Source: Octopus bimaculoides (lineage: Eukaryota). From it: DNA of 64,000 bases. The translations under genes were made by a program, and so were the position numbers. Shown piece by piece: positions 1 to 14,229 of this stretch; the first letter of the stretch is position 1, and the number at the start of each line of letters is the position of its first letter. Location: positions 53,329,963-53,393,962 of the forward strand of contig NC_068987.1 in assembly GCF_001194135.2 (NCBI RefSeq). The letters run 5' to 3'. The notes beneath the pieces were generated by a model. That model had not been told where the DNA came from and did no database searches. It saw only the letters and a program-made list of their open reading frames with translations.

Positions 1-215
1 TAAGCATAATACAAATAACGTAAAAAACATACACAATAAAAATTAAATACCCTGATGAGGAAGAGAATTTTAGAAAAAACATTAAGAAAGTTTATCATAA
101 AGAACGGCTCGTGGAAACACTTCCCTCTAACCAGAGGGACGGGACATCTATCACTTTCATTACACACTCACTGAAAATAGCTCTTTCCTCTAATCCTTCT
201 TTCTCACAGCTTAAA

Positions 216-1375
216 ATGGCCTCACTCAGAATAAGTAGTATAAATGCACGTGGCCTGGTGTCATGCTGGAAACAAGGCCACATCACGGTGACTTCAATTC
301 ACTGTAGATGTCACGGCTGTAAGTGAGACCATACTCTCCAGTCGACAAGTATTCATGCCCATTTTCGGTTGATACGAGATTTACTTATCTCCATGTCAAT
401 CCAGAAATGGGGGAGGGTGTGGAAATGTTGTGTTTTTTAGGAAAGGTCTTGATCACAAGATAAGGGCCACCTTCCTGGACCCAGAAGATAAGTTGATGGG
501 CCTGGATATGAACAGTAAAGATAGGGGTGCTTTCAGACTGGTGGCTTTTATTCTCCAACAGGAGCAAAAGAACCGGTGTTTTTATTTTCAGTTTTCTCGA
601 GGTTTTCTGAGAACGCCTCGACTGGATTTCTGATGTGTTCCGACTGGATTTCCCGAATGTACCAGTTTGGGGATGGATAAACAGCATCTGGTCATCAAGG
701 TCGTATTTACATACTTTAGCATGACGAATTTAGTTAGCAGCCTCTTGGCAAATGTATACCGCAAGTAGCAATAGAACGGTAGAATTCCTAATACTATGAG
801 TCGAGGAGCGGTGATATCGTTAAGAAAGAAACCAAATAAGAGGGATAAAATTGAAAACTTTAGGACCATAATGCTGTTGAATACAGTTTACAGATGTTAG
901 AAAAGGGGTGGTACAAAACCTTTGGAAACCTCTGCAGATGTTTATAAGTATGTATCCTGTTCTGATTAGATTACCCGAATGTGTCAATTTGGGAATGGAC
1001 GAAGTGAATCTAGTCATCAAGATCGTATTTAGATAGAGTAAACTGTAGACCAGTAGATGAGAATATGAATTTTCGACTTTTAAAATCGTCAGCTACACAG
1101 ATCACATATGTGTGATCTGCACGGTCGAGCATGAACGGCCTTCTAGACAGTCAACCGGCTACTGGAAGATGAACCCGTCACTCGCGGCGTTAGAGAGATC
1201 AGATTAGGGTATTAGTTAAGCGGGCACTGACGGGGTAGAGTAGCATCTACTAGGTTTAATAAGGTTTTAGAAATAGAAAGAAACAGAACAGATGAAAACT
1301 TAGAAACTTAGAAGAAAAAAAATCGCAACACAGACGCAATTCGGTCTTCGGTGGACCAAAAGAGGTGCTCGGAAC
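216..1375 (+). mobile_element. Decayed L1/Tx1-like LINE ORF2 (APE endonuclease plus an RT fragment), rearranged
   Basis: ATG at 216 gives MASLRISSINARGL (EN start). Later motifs: FFRKGLD..DPEDKL..LD; SSRSYLDRV; KIVSYTDH (EN end, about 1082-1105); YWKMN; RT-type SRGAVISLRK..KRDKIENFRTIMLLNT (about 794-890). Many stops and frameshifts. Confidence 0.8.
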
Positions 1376-3060
1376 TCGATCTCGAGATGAGAGCGGCATT
1401 TTATCAGCCAGGCATAACGTGTACTTCGTGTTGCTATTGAAGTATGGTTTACATTACTCCAGGTTCTTCCACTTTATGTTGTACTCAGTGACGCTTTCTT
1501 TTAAAGACCAATGTGCTTGCCCAGGGTTGTGGCGTTCCGTCTCTCCGGGATGTTAAAGGAGGACTTGTGGTTGTTAAGGCGGAGCCTTCCGTTGCTCCTA
1601 TGTACATTTGGTTGCCCAGTTATTTCAGTGGCCGTTGCGTCTGCCTCATATACAACGATCTCCTTGTTACAGTGGCCGTTCAGTGGACATGTGTTACCCC
1701 TACATAAGCATCCTGCCTCTGTCATGTATGTGGCACGACTAACTAACATGTTTTTACATTTGGTGCTCAGCTAAAGGCAATTCTCACGTTATGCCTACTG
1801 AATATTTTGTTGAATCTATTTGTACGGGGGAAGTGCTTATTAACTAAGCTGAGAAAAATCTTACTTACTAGGATTTTAACATTTAAAGAGAAGGGCGGTG
1901 TAAACCAGAATATTTTCTGTTGTTGCATTTTGTTGGAGGGGTTAACTTCTGGCATATAACAAATCATATCCTTGTAACCGCTGGCAGCCGGCACCTCATT
2001 GTAGTGCGGGAAGGTAGCATCGAAAATCTTTTTTCTTGAAGATAGGCCTGAGATTCATCTGCTGGCGCCCTTTACCAGGTTCTTCAAAACTATGGCTGGA
2101 TGACAGGAACCTGTTTTAAGGTATGATAGTTTCTCGTTTGATTTCCTAAAGGGTCTATTGTAACCAGACACCAAGTCCAGGGTCACATGAAGGAAATCCT
2201 GCGTTTTCAGGTTGGTTTTTATTTTGACCTTCAAGGGAGTTCATGTTGTTGGTAAGGTCATTTCTAAGGCTACCTAGCGTGCGGCCGTTTGCTCCCCCTC
2301 TTGATATTGCCAGCGCATCATCCCTGTAGAAGACAAACCTAGTTGAAGGGAAATATATTTTCGACAACATCTAGGATGAAGAAACTGATGAGGACATACA
2401 CGTAAGCACTGTCGAAGGTTCCCATTGCCACTTCGAAGGAGCCTTCTGGTTCTTTCGTTTGTCTCAGACTTACCCCTTGCTGAAGAATATGTTTCTTCTG
2501 ACATGCATGATAAGGCCCGTGTCCTCGTGACTTACTTCATTTTTGACCCTAGTGAATGCAATTGCCTTAAAAAGGAGCTCTCTTGATATAGATGAGGAAA
2601 CATCCACTATATCAAATTCGGTAAATCTAGTTCTACCCCTTCCGCTACTGGTTTTAAATCATGTAATGACCTCGTTAGTGTTACGCCATTGGGAGATATC
2701 AGGGCGTTTCTGACGCGGTTGCTGATCATCCTGATAAGCCGTTTGCTCACATGTCAGACTTCAGATTTCGCAAGGTTTATCGGCTTGCACTTGGGGTTAG
2801 AAGCGAATTTGGGATTATAATCCTTGGCCGTTATGAAGGCCTCTTTCTTTTCAAGTATCTCTACCCTATATCTCTGGCCTCATGGTTGATACTATCATAA
2901 CCCTGAGGGGCAGCCCACCTGTATGCTAGTGTAATGTTGTTGTTAAGAACCTCCACGGATATGTTTTTCCTTACTCTTATTAAAACTTACAGTATTACCA
3001 GAGCATAGAATGGTCCTATCTGAAGCTCTAAGTCTACGGGAATCTGCTATGGGAAGATTT
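1376..3060 (-). mobile_element. Penelope-like retroelement remnant (RT plus C-terminal GIY-YIG endonuclease)
   Basis: Minus-strand motifs: FYRDDALAI (RT); KIFWFTPPFSLNVK..FLSLVNKHFP..FNKIFSRHNVRIAFS; CLCRGNTCPLNGHC..IVVY (linker and EN start); CKPYFNSNTKYTLCLADK (C-terminus, truncated near 1376). Confidence 0.9.
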
Positions 3061-4500
3061 TATGCTTTCATAAACTTATCAATTGTGTATGATTTCTAAA
3101 ATTGCATAGACACTTTTTGTGCAGTTGTACCTCATCTCAACGCCATTTATACTGCAGAACTTATATAGTATATGTCATGAAAATATTTAAACATCATTTA
3201 AAATGTATGAAGCTTTATACTATAGAATACGATGTTATATAACAACAAAATAAAGCTAAAAAGCATCCAATTCTTTATACTGCAATGTTGATTCTATGAT
3301 ATCCAAATCCAACTTGTTTCGTGCAAGGCATCCAATTACACTGCTTAGATTACATACTATTGCCATCTGAACCTCTGTTTATGTTTTATCAATTGGAAAT
3401 TTATAGTATTGCCCAAAGCATTTTCTCACATATGTACATATTGAACATCGGCCGGTGCTTCTACATCGAAATTTATCACGTAGTAATTGTTGTGTTTCAT
3501 GTTAATACAGATGTTATTGTTGCAAAATTCTATATACAAAACTGCAAAACCGTAATATACATGAGTATTAGATACGTCCACAATTTTTCTGAGAAAAATA
3601 TGTTTAGTTTGGCGACTTTACTTTTTGATAAACCTCTACAGTATATGACATAAACATTGCTCAATGACATGTTTGCAAACATTTACGCTATTAATCGTAT
3701 TTAATAGATAAGATTCAAAGAGGTCTTCCATCATATAACATGACACATAACATGAAACCGAATATGTTTCCTCTCACATAAATTGGTGAAGGTTTTGGTC
3801 TTTAAAAATTTAGCTTTAATACACTTCTTTCCGGATATCGCCGGTACTTTCGTAGCAGAAAGTTTCACAGGATGCTATCATACATGTTAGCTACTGTTAG
3901 TGATGGACGAATTAATACGCAATACATCAGTTGGTGAGTTTGTTTTTCCAAAAAAGTTTGTTAGATTTTGCATATTACAAACTGTGGATGTTCTCTGTTA
4001 TGCAAACTATGGAAAACAAGACGTAGAATGAGAAAAATAAACAAAACTATATCAAAGTACATTCATATATGACTAATACCCGACATTCAATTCGAAGTAA
4101 ATTCTACAACTGGATGGAGAAATTACTCATTTCTCGATCCAGTTATCATACACTGTCCATAATATGTATTTATCTAATGATATACAAACAGAATTGATAA
4201 TTTCCTATTTTAAAAATCATATGGATAAAATATACAATGAGTAGTTACGTAAATTTTCTTTGTGTACTCGCAGTGATTTTCAGGATTCTTTTAATGTTTT
4301 CCTTGTAGTGTTGCTAAGTAACTGAATGGTTTTCTATAAATTATCAACTTTAAGAGTATGGCACCACAATTTCGCAGGAACTGTACTATTTTGACAGGGG
4401 GAATTTGGAAAATTTCCCAATAAATATTGATGCAAGCGTAAGTATATATCGATGTATCGACTGACATATTTTCAATGAATATTGATGGAAGCATTCGTTA
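3060..4500. mobile_element. Highly degenerate hAT-like transposase remnant(s), ZMYM1/TTF type
   Basis: Plus strand NMYLSNDIQTELII (4161-4202) matches the YTSxxIQNELI motif of hATs. Minus strand 3060-3700 gives weak C-terminal hAT-like fragments (FNMYICEKMLWAIL). Very decayed. Confidence 0.4.
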
Positions 4501-4938
4501 ATCGCGATATCTGTTCAAAGTTACAAAATAAAACATTGTTCTCCGAGGGATCCGAAACAACGTCTTTAGGAAGTATCAATATAGATTGATTCATATAATA
4601 TAATAGACCATTTGAGTTTATAAGTGTTGATATCAATTAAACACCAGATAGATTTCAACTTTAATGGATCCATGATTATTTCCAATTTATGAATCAATAT
4701 AGGTTTGGCGATCATATTTCAGATTAATATTTACTTACCTCTAGACTACGGATTCACTACAAGGGCTCTGGAAAAAGAGTGTTGTAGCGTGGGGAACACT
4801 TTTTTTCTCGTTTTTGTTAGTGGAACATGTAATTGGGAAAATCTTTTTCTCACCAAATATACTTACACCTACACCCAGTCTAGCCAAATCAATCTCGCCA
4901 ACCAAGCATACTGTATGAGGACTGTTTCCTAAAGTATA

Positions 4939-5200
4939 AAAAAATAAATAAATGCGCCCTTTTAAAGCGTAGCCAGGCTCATGGGCCCGGTTTCCCGGTT
5001 CCAATGGCGTATGTGCTCCACAGCTGGACGGGACGCTAGTCCATCGCAGCGTTACTCATCTTTGCCAGCTGAGTGGACTGGAGCAACGTGAAATGAAGTG
5101 TTTTGCTCAAGAACACAACGAATTGCCCGGTCCAGGAATCGAAACCACAATCTTGCGATCATGGTGCTGACACCCTAACCACTTGGCCACACGCCTCCAC
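4939..5200 (-). mobile_element. tRNA-derived SINE with CORE-like centre, full length
   Basis: Minus strand starts GTGGAGGCGTGTGGCCAAGTGGTTAGGG (A box) then GTTTCGATTCC (B box), has a TTCTTGAGCAAAACACTT core and a (TTTA)n tail. 13-bp TSD TTCCTAAAGTATA at 4926-4938 and 5201-5213. Confidence 0.9.
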
Positions 5201-5959
5201 TTCCTAAAGTATAGCGCTATTCAAATACCCTAGTGTGGATATTTGTTTATGGAAGGTATATAATTATAACAAGTCGATAATTTATTGATCTTTTCACGTT
5301 CACGTACTTTATAGAAAGGGCATGGCGAGTAGCTGCAAAATATTGTTTGTGGTTGGAAAAATGAGTTAATTTTGAGTTCACCGCGACTTGGTGCTAAAAT
5401 TATAAAACATCTACGAATAACTAAACCATGGTTTCAATTGTGAATAAACAGAAAACAATTTAAATTATTCATTTACTGTAATAAAACAATTGCTTTATCG
5501 TCCTTCAGTTAGGCTAACACATTTGACCTTCGTATGGTTTTAATAAGTCACGATATTGTCTATTGAACGTTGATAATTTATCATATGAAAGACACTTTTC
5601 GTTAAAGGTTAAAAAAGTTATGTGATTTAAGAAAAAGAGAAAGTTCATTAAGCGCAGTATTATCTTGAAATGAACTTATACAAAGTAGAATTTGGATTTT
5701 CCAAATAATCTTCAAGAAATCTGACCACAGAGTGGCCATAACTGTAGAGCTAATGCCTGTTTTAGGCTCAGTTCTCTTGCTTCGTTATGCTTTCCTTGTG
5801 ATGAACATTTGTAATTAACCATACGGCTGTATCCTCAATTAGGGGCCACATCAGCATGGCCACATATACCTCTGTTACTCCAGGGTCTTTTATATTCTTT
5901 GCTTGCATAAACAATTGCATTACACTCTTTTCGTTTTTAGAGGTTTGTATCAACCTTTT

Positions 5960-7472
5960 TAAGATAAACAAACCAAGTAAAGTGAAAGTTCGTCAGTATT
6001 CAACTGATATTTTGAAGTCTGGATTTATTCCTGCTGTGCATGATGAACAAACACTATTTTTCCTAGAGTGTTATAATACATTGACTCATCAATAAACTAA
6101 GAAGGGCCGGTAAGAAGCATATTTGAGAGTAAAGCATCCCCATAATGCAAATTCAAATTTGGAATATTTTCAGTCACTAAGTGAAAAGTTTGCAAATCTT
6201 TAAAAAATCACTACAAGAGATGTTGTTTTGTGAACCACTATAAACGACTGATTCTGCAGTTGATATCTACAAGAAGCTAAGATATTATTTGGATGCACAA
6301 AAATACCAAAGTAAAACATTCTATCATATTAATCAGATAGGACTAAGATGGACAAGAAAACAGGATGCTTTAAACTGATGAGGGATGAAAATCCAAATAT
6401 GTCTATGCATTGCGTCAACCACCGAGAAAACTAGCTTTCCAAGAAACTTTCCCCTATTCTTAACAAGACTCTGCAACTTCTGATCAAGTATTTTAACACC
6501 ATCGAACGAAACGTTAAATCTAAACGTCTTTTTAAACAGTTATGTGTGGATCAAAATGCAGAGCATACAAAAATACGATGGTTGTCAAGACGAAAATGCT
6601 TGAAAAGGTTAACTGAGTTATTTGATAAGCTCAATGAGGTTTCGAATGACAAACCAGAAATAAATAAAATACGTCCATTATTTTACAGATATTTTCGATA
6701 AATTAAGCAACTTGAATGAGGACCACCAAGCAGCAAATATAACTCTTGTTGATGCAAAGATTTTCGGATTCACTACATTTTTTTAAATGTGACTAAGGAA
6801 AATCTTTACAAGAAATTTCAAGCAATTTAACTGGTTGCATTAATATGAGATATCTAATTCTGCAACAGATGATGAACATTTGAAAATGTTGATAAAAGAC
6901 TTCAGTGGCATTTGGTGGTTTAAAGAAAATTAATTTTCCGTCTTGGTTAATTCGACAATTGCTAGTAGATATCTTTGAAATTACAATGCGGTTCCAAGAA
7001 GAGTTATCAGAATCGCAACATGATGAATCAGTGAATAATTTCTTCAAAATGAAAGCTACCAAGCTGTGGCTACGTGATAAAGTCATAAAGAAATAACCTA
7101 ACAGGTTTGATTCATTTCCCTATATCTTTTTTGGTTGAGTGTGGAATTAGTGCTGTTGATGATTTGCTTCGAGCCAAGGAAAGTGGACTTGAACTTGCAA
7201 AATGTGGTTGTTTATGGCTGAAGTTAACGCAATTGTGTCCTTGTCCTCGCATAAATGAAGCCTACCGTATTCGCCGGGCACAAGATTTTCCTTCAAGTGC
7301 TTCACCTTTTTTCTTAGTCAGAAATGTACTTTCTCTCAATCAAATAATTACCGGTAGATATTTTTGTATTAAATAAATGTAATAAAATATTACTGTTTCC
7401 AACTAATAGCGTGGCATATAATTTACTGGAAATTTGTAGTGGGTCTCAGGAAGAATAGTTTGAGAAACACTG
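5960..7472 (+). mobile_element. hAT (Buster/Charlie-type) DNA transposon remnant, internally deleted
   Basis: RQYSTDILKSGF..HLRVKHP (BED-like N-terminus); MHCVNHREN; TKIRWLSR; FPISFLVECGISAV. Right TIR GTTTGAGAAACACTG at 7458-7472 is followed by CAGTAGAC (NNNTANNN, the Buster-type target). Left TIR not found. Confidence 0.85.
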
Positions 7473-8850
7473 CAGTAGACATAATACAGCTTCAGTTTGA
7501 TTGATAAGGGAGAACGTACCTTCATAACTGTGCAGATGGAAACGACACGTGCAGTTTTGGAGAGGTGAAAATTATTCGTACGTTCGAAGTAGAAATATTG
7601 TATGTGTCTATACTGGCCTTGGAATCACCACTTTTTTGTGCGGTAAAAGTAAAACACCTTCTCGCTAATTAGATTAAAGAACTTACGATAGATATTATCC
7701 AAAGAAGACGCTGTTCTTATTTATAATTCTTGGGGATATTTTAAAATCTATATATAGACTATAAGGAGGATTATAAATGATCCTGTATAAAAACCCTGAG
7801 ATATCAGTAGAATAAGATTGAAGCAAACGTTCTTTATTAAATGGAATACGTTTATCACCAAAGAAAACAAATTCGACCTCACTTAGTAAAAAAACTCTAA
7901 AGAATAATTGGCTGTTTGTCTGATATTCTGAAAATAATTTAAATAAATTATATAATGATGTACCAACTTATAAGATGTAGAATACAGCAATTTAGAAAAT
8001 CGCGTATATGTTTTCAGAATAAAATATGTACAAAACAGATATCCGCACACATTAGAGGCAAATTTCCAATACGTTCACTAACAACGGTGAGAAAGCCGAC
8101 TCTAGCATTTACCGTGTTAATAAAATACACGAAACAGAAATAGCAAGCAGATATTTTAGAGTCTAAGATCGTTAGTGTTTCGTAACAATATATCAATTCT
8201 AAAATGACAATGATAATTTCCTTTGATCACAAAATGAAGATTTATTAATCGACTGAAATATAAGATATTTAGTGTTAGTTGCAACATTTTAGATTCCATC
8301 ATTTTTAACATTACACAAGTCACTTCTCTTCCGTTATAGAATAGAAGTTTATCATTTATCATTTGGTCCGGTATCACTAATAGTGCGCATTGCGGTATAG
8401 GAGAATTCTACCCATTTATTACTTAAGTTTGTTTTGAAAATCATGAAATTCCTGCAGATGTGAAGCTTAGTGATTCTGTCATTCATATCATTATTCATGA
8501 TCAAATATTGTTGCTATGTCAGGATAATTTTTAGGGTCAGGTAGTAAACATAATTGCCACAAATGTTATCATTTAGACGCGTGAATATATGATTACGAAA
8601 TCTGCAAAATTATAGTATTTTGTGTCTTAGGTTTACTTGAAAATAATCCAGACATTGCCATGCTGATTGATTACTTATTTTGCGAGGCATGAGAGGTTAT
8701 GTAACCGTTGCTGATAGAAAATTTTTCATAAACTTGTGCAAAGATTTAAAATATCACTATGGAATTATTCTCGGAGATATACCCCAAGAATTATTTACTG
8801 GACAATTCAATGGGATGGTACGGTATGTTGATATGAATTCAAACCTGAGG

Positions 8851-9066
8851 AGCAGCCGAACCCAGCAGGCGTTTCTACTAACCGCCTGTGCTGGGTTCGG
8901 CTGCTGTAAATGTCAGACCAGCAAGGGGAAGCGGCTGACCTCCCCTGTTCGAAAGTTATAATGGACACAGGTTCGTGTGTCACATAGCTAGCTAGAGGCG
9001 ATGGCCTCTGGGGCTAATCAACGGCAGCATTCATCCTAATTTTTTGGACTGCCATGTTGGCTTGGC
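8851..9066 (+). ncRNA. Candidate structured RNA or cis-element (unassigned)
   Basis: 21-bp GC-rich stem (8851-8871/8883-8905), three further hairpins, AATTTTTTGG at 9038-9047 and a terminal hairpin. No convincing match to any snRNA I know. Confidence 0.3.
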
Positions 9067-9760
9067 GATAACTATCAATATAATATGAAGACATTTAGCG
9101 AAAATATGGTTGAAGGGGGAAACATTTGCAGATAACCTGGCTGCATTAAAAGCCAGTATAAACAATATAAACTGTCAGACAAGACAGAAAATCCTCCTCT
9201 GTCTAATTCCAATTCCTTTCGTCTTTATAATAAGTAACTCGACTGTGTGTCTCAGAGCGGGTGCTTAACATTTAATAGCTTCGTCTAGCTGGTTATAATA
9301 GGTATATGATAATTATTAACAACCGGATGTATGTATCATTCTATTCGATATTTTAGTAGTATAGGATTACTATTATTCTACAATTTCTCTATGTTTTTAC
9401 GCTGTTATATGGCACAATTTAATAGAACTAAAGCTAATTTTAGCCACAGTCCATATACTGCAGGAAAGTAAATAAAAATGTTTTCAATCTCGATATTCAG
9501 TTGGAAGAGTACAAAAACAAAACAAACAAAAATAGCAGAAATAATTAAGCAGATTATATCTTGGCCTATTAATAATGTGTACATGGGAATAAAGCAGTTA
9601 ACATCTCGTTTCATGGTGCATTAAATACACCAAGTGTAAAACCAGGTTGAGAAAGAATCAGTACTAACAAGAGGAAACATATTTCCTACAGAAGAATATA
9701 TGCACTCTTAAGTATATACATATATGTGTGAGCTCTTAGGTGTAAATCTATGTTTATATG

Positions 9761-11060
<1,300 letters not shown>

Positions 11061-11073
11061 TATNNNNNNNNNN

Positions 11074-11104
<31 letters not shown>

Positions 11105-12872
11105 CAACATTGACTTTTTCCCTCTTCTTGCTCTATTAGAGTATTTAAGTAAAATTATATTAATGTGCCCAACTGATTAAAAAATTCTATTTATTTATGG
11201 GGCTGAGGATAGCCTTGCATTGATGTAATGATTGCATTGTTCAATTAAATGGAGCCGCTTCAAACGGTCGTACTGCATCAGCTCTTGATGTCTTGCATGT
11301 GTAGACATGATCATATATACTTAAAATATAATCTTCTGAAAGTTTAACAATTTTGTAGAGTTCCAGTAATGACTCAGATCTGTAGTCCTTGAATAGGTTT
11401 TCGCTTTCCTTTGGTGAAACTCCATTTATGAAGAAATTCTAACATATCCCAAGTCACCAATAATTATAGATATATACCTGTACATGTAATCTAGGCAGTG
11501 TAGCTGTAATTTTCTCAATTGATCAGCGTATGTATGTATGTATGTATGTATGTATGTATTATGTATGCATATATATATATATTGATTCAGAATACTAGGA
11601 AGAGTGAGGAAGATTTGCAGTCATCTACACATGCATGTTCTTTGAATGTAAAGCTAACAAAACAAAGAATGATTAGGTATTGTTTAAATAAACGTATTTG
11701 GATGTGTTAAAACTATACTAACAAAGTGAAGCAGAATGATGTTATAGATAAAACCTCTGTTTTTGCTCCATAGTTAATGCAGTTTACTTCTTAATATAAA
11801 GTGAACAATAACCGACAGCTCACAATTTAAATGTATGAACATAAAATTGTGCCTTTAATTCTACTTATTTGGACTATCACATTATGTCCAGTTTCTAATG
11901 ATTCAGAAAAATATACAATTACAGCTTACAATTTTCAAAATATCCGTGAAATTTTTACGGGATACTATTAGTATTGTAAAAATGTCAGAAAATTTCCCAA
12001 AACTCTAACAGTTCTTTACCAACATGCAACACGGTTTAGTCAGCCTATTAAACATTAAAACAAATCATTCAGGAAAATAATATAAAGCCGTGCAATTTCC
12101 CATATCACTTACACATTTGCGTGGCAGTATTTAGTAACTGTGAACTGCAAAATGAACTGCAAATAAAAATCGTATGTCACTATTTTAATCCCATACGTAT
12201 TCCTTAAGAGTCATAAATGACACAAGCAACGTTCTTTGGCATGGTATATATATGCTCACAAAGAAAACCTCAACGCAGTACCCTCCTGAATTCAATCATA
12301 GTTATTATACAGAAGATAATGATTTTCTATGATAGTTAGGGGATGAGAAATTAAAATTTGAATCCATTTTAATAAGTGCACACATGAATAACATTTAGAA
12401 ACCAAATGGTTTTTCACATTGTAAGCAATTGTCTATGTCTCAGGTTGTATCCATACATCATCTGTTTACAGAAAACTGTACCGTTTTTTTATTCATAAAA
12501 TTTAACATTATCCAATGTCGTCCTAAATAATTGTCGTTCATGTGTACATCAATAGCGTTTGAAAGTTGATGTACATTTTATTTACCTTCGTGGTGAAGTA
12601 TTTCATGCTCTGTAGGCTACCAGTTTCAACAAATTTAATCGCATATCACATTGGCATTATTGTAATTTGACATTCAGAAGAGAAGTAAGAAAGCGTCATG
12701 AACGTCCTGTATAAGGTCATTTAATCAAATGAAACTTAAACGAATAAATAAAACATAGTCAATCTACAGAAGGTGTGTATTGAGTTCTGTCGATTCGAAA
12801 TCAGATACTTCCGTTAACACCACCAATACACAGACATATGCGCATATGTATACATATATGAATTTATCTACC

Positions 12873-12903
<31 letters not shown>

Positions 12904-13345
12904 GTATATATATATATATATATATATNNNNNNNNNNNNNNNNNNNNNNNNNNNNNNNNNNNNNNNNNNNNNNNNNNNNNNNNNNNNNNNNNNNNNNNNN
13001 NNNNNNNNNNNNNNNNNNNNNNNNNNNNNNNNNNNNNNNNNNNNNNNNNNNNNNNNNNNNNNNNNNNNNNNNNNNNNNNNNNNNNNNNNNNNNNNNNNNN
13101 NNNNNNNNNNNNNNNNNNNNNNNNNNNNNNNNNNNNNNNNNNNNNNNNNNNNNNNNNNNNNNNNNNNNNNNNNNNNNNNNNNNNNNNNNNNNNNNNNNNN
13201 NNNNNNNNNNNNNNNNNNNNNNNNNNNNNNNNNNNNNNNNNNNNNNNNNNNNNNNNNNNNNNNNNNNNNNNNNNNNNNNNNNNNNNNNNNNNNNNNNNNN
13301 NNNNNNNNNNNNNNNNNNNNNNNNNNNNNNNNNNNNNNNNNNNNN

Positions 13346-13386
<41 letters not shown>

Positions 13387-13911
13387 GCAGGCATGCAACT
13401 TGATTATATGTAAATAACTAACAGCTTTCTTCGCAAACTTAACAAAATGTAAACATGTCAAAATTGAAGCTACATTTTACTTTTTCAGTTATTTTGCGTA
13501 CTTAATCATGTATTTGTTTTTTTAATGTTTGGCTCAGAACAATACCGTTCCTAAATCAATTAGTCTGCCGTTCTGCGACTTTCACAATGACATTTTGCAA
13601 AATATACTGCTGCAATGACGTGATATTTGCGGTTACTGAGGTACACAGCTTCGGAATAAATTTGGAATGAATAAGACCAGCTATGCTGGATTTTAAAATT
13701 TATGGTCGTACATCCTGGTCGATTTCCTATCGAGCATACATACAACACACACACACACACCCGCAAACACACACAGCACACCACATGCATGCATATATAT
13801 ATATATATTTATACATGCATATATTCACATACAGATCAAATATGTATATGCATGCATATGCACATATATGTGCGCACACACAGATACACACACGCACACA
13901 CGCGCGCACAC

Positions 13912-13978
<67 letters not shown>

Positions 13979-14148
13979 CGTGTATTATCAAGAAATCTAC
14001 AAGGATATACCGCTATGCTATTAAATGTTACACTTTGATGATTTTCTCTTTTATAGGATTATTTCCAGGTCCGTGAGCGAATTTCGGCATGGATCAACCT
14101 GTCTATATATATATGTATATATATGAGTGTGTGTGCGTATGTGCGTGC

Positions 14149-14185
<37 letters not shown>

Positions 14186-14229
14186 TACACACACACACAC
14201 GCATACACAGATGAGAAAGTTATTCATAT

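Noticed and set aside
2383-2420. CTGATGAG..stem..GAAG hammerhead-like string
   Set aside because: Antisense to Penelope RT coding sequence, GAAG instead of GAAA, and no stems I or III.
8014-8377. Minus-strand hydrophobic ORFs (FLTVVSERIGNLPLM) suggestive of a Cys-loop receptor M2-M3 region
   Set aside because: Spacing is wrong and no Cys-loop or M1 motif is present.
8851-9066. Assignment of the structured island to U5, U11, RNase MRP, an HDV-like ribozyme or telomerase RNA
   Set aside because: The U5 loop-I sequence, U11 5' end, MRP P4 pairing, HDV P1 pairing and a CTAACCCTAA template are each absent or only partial.
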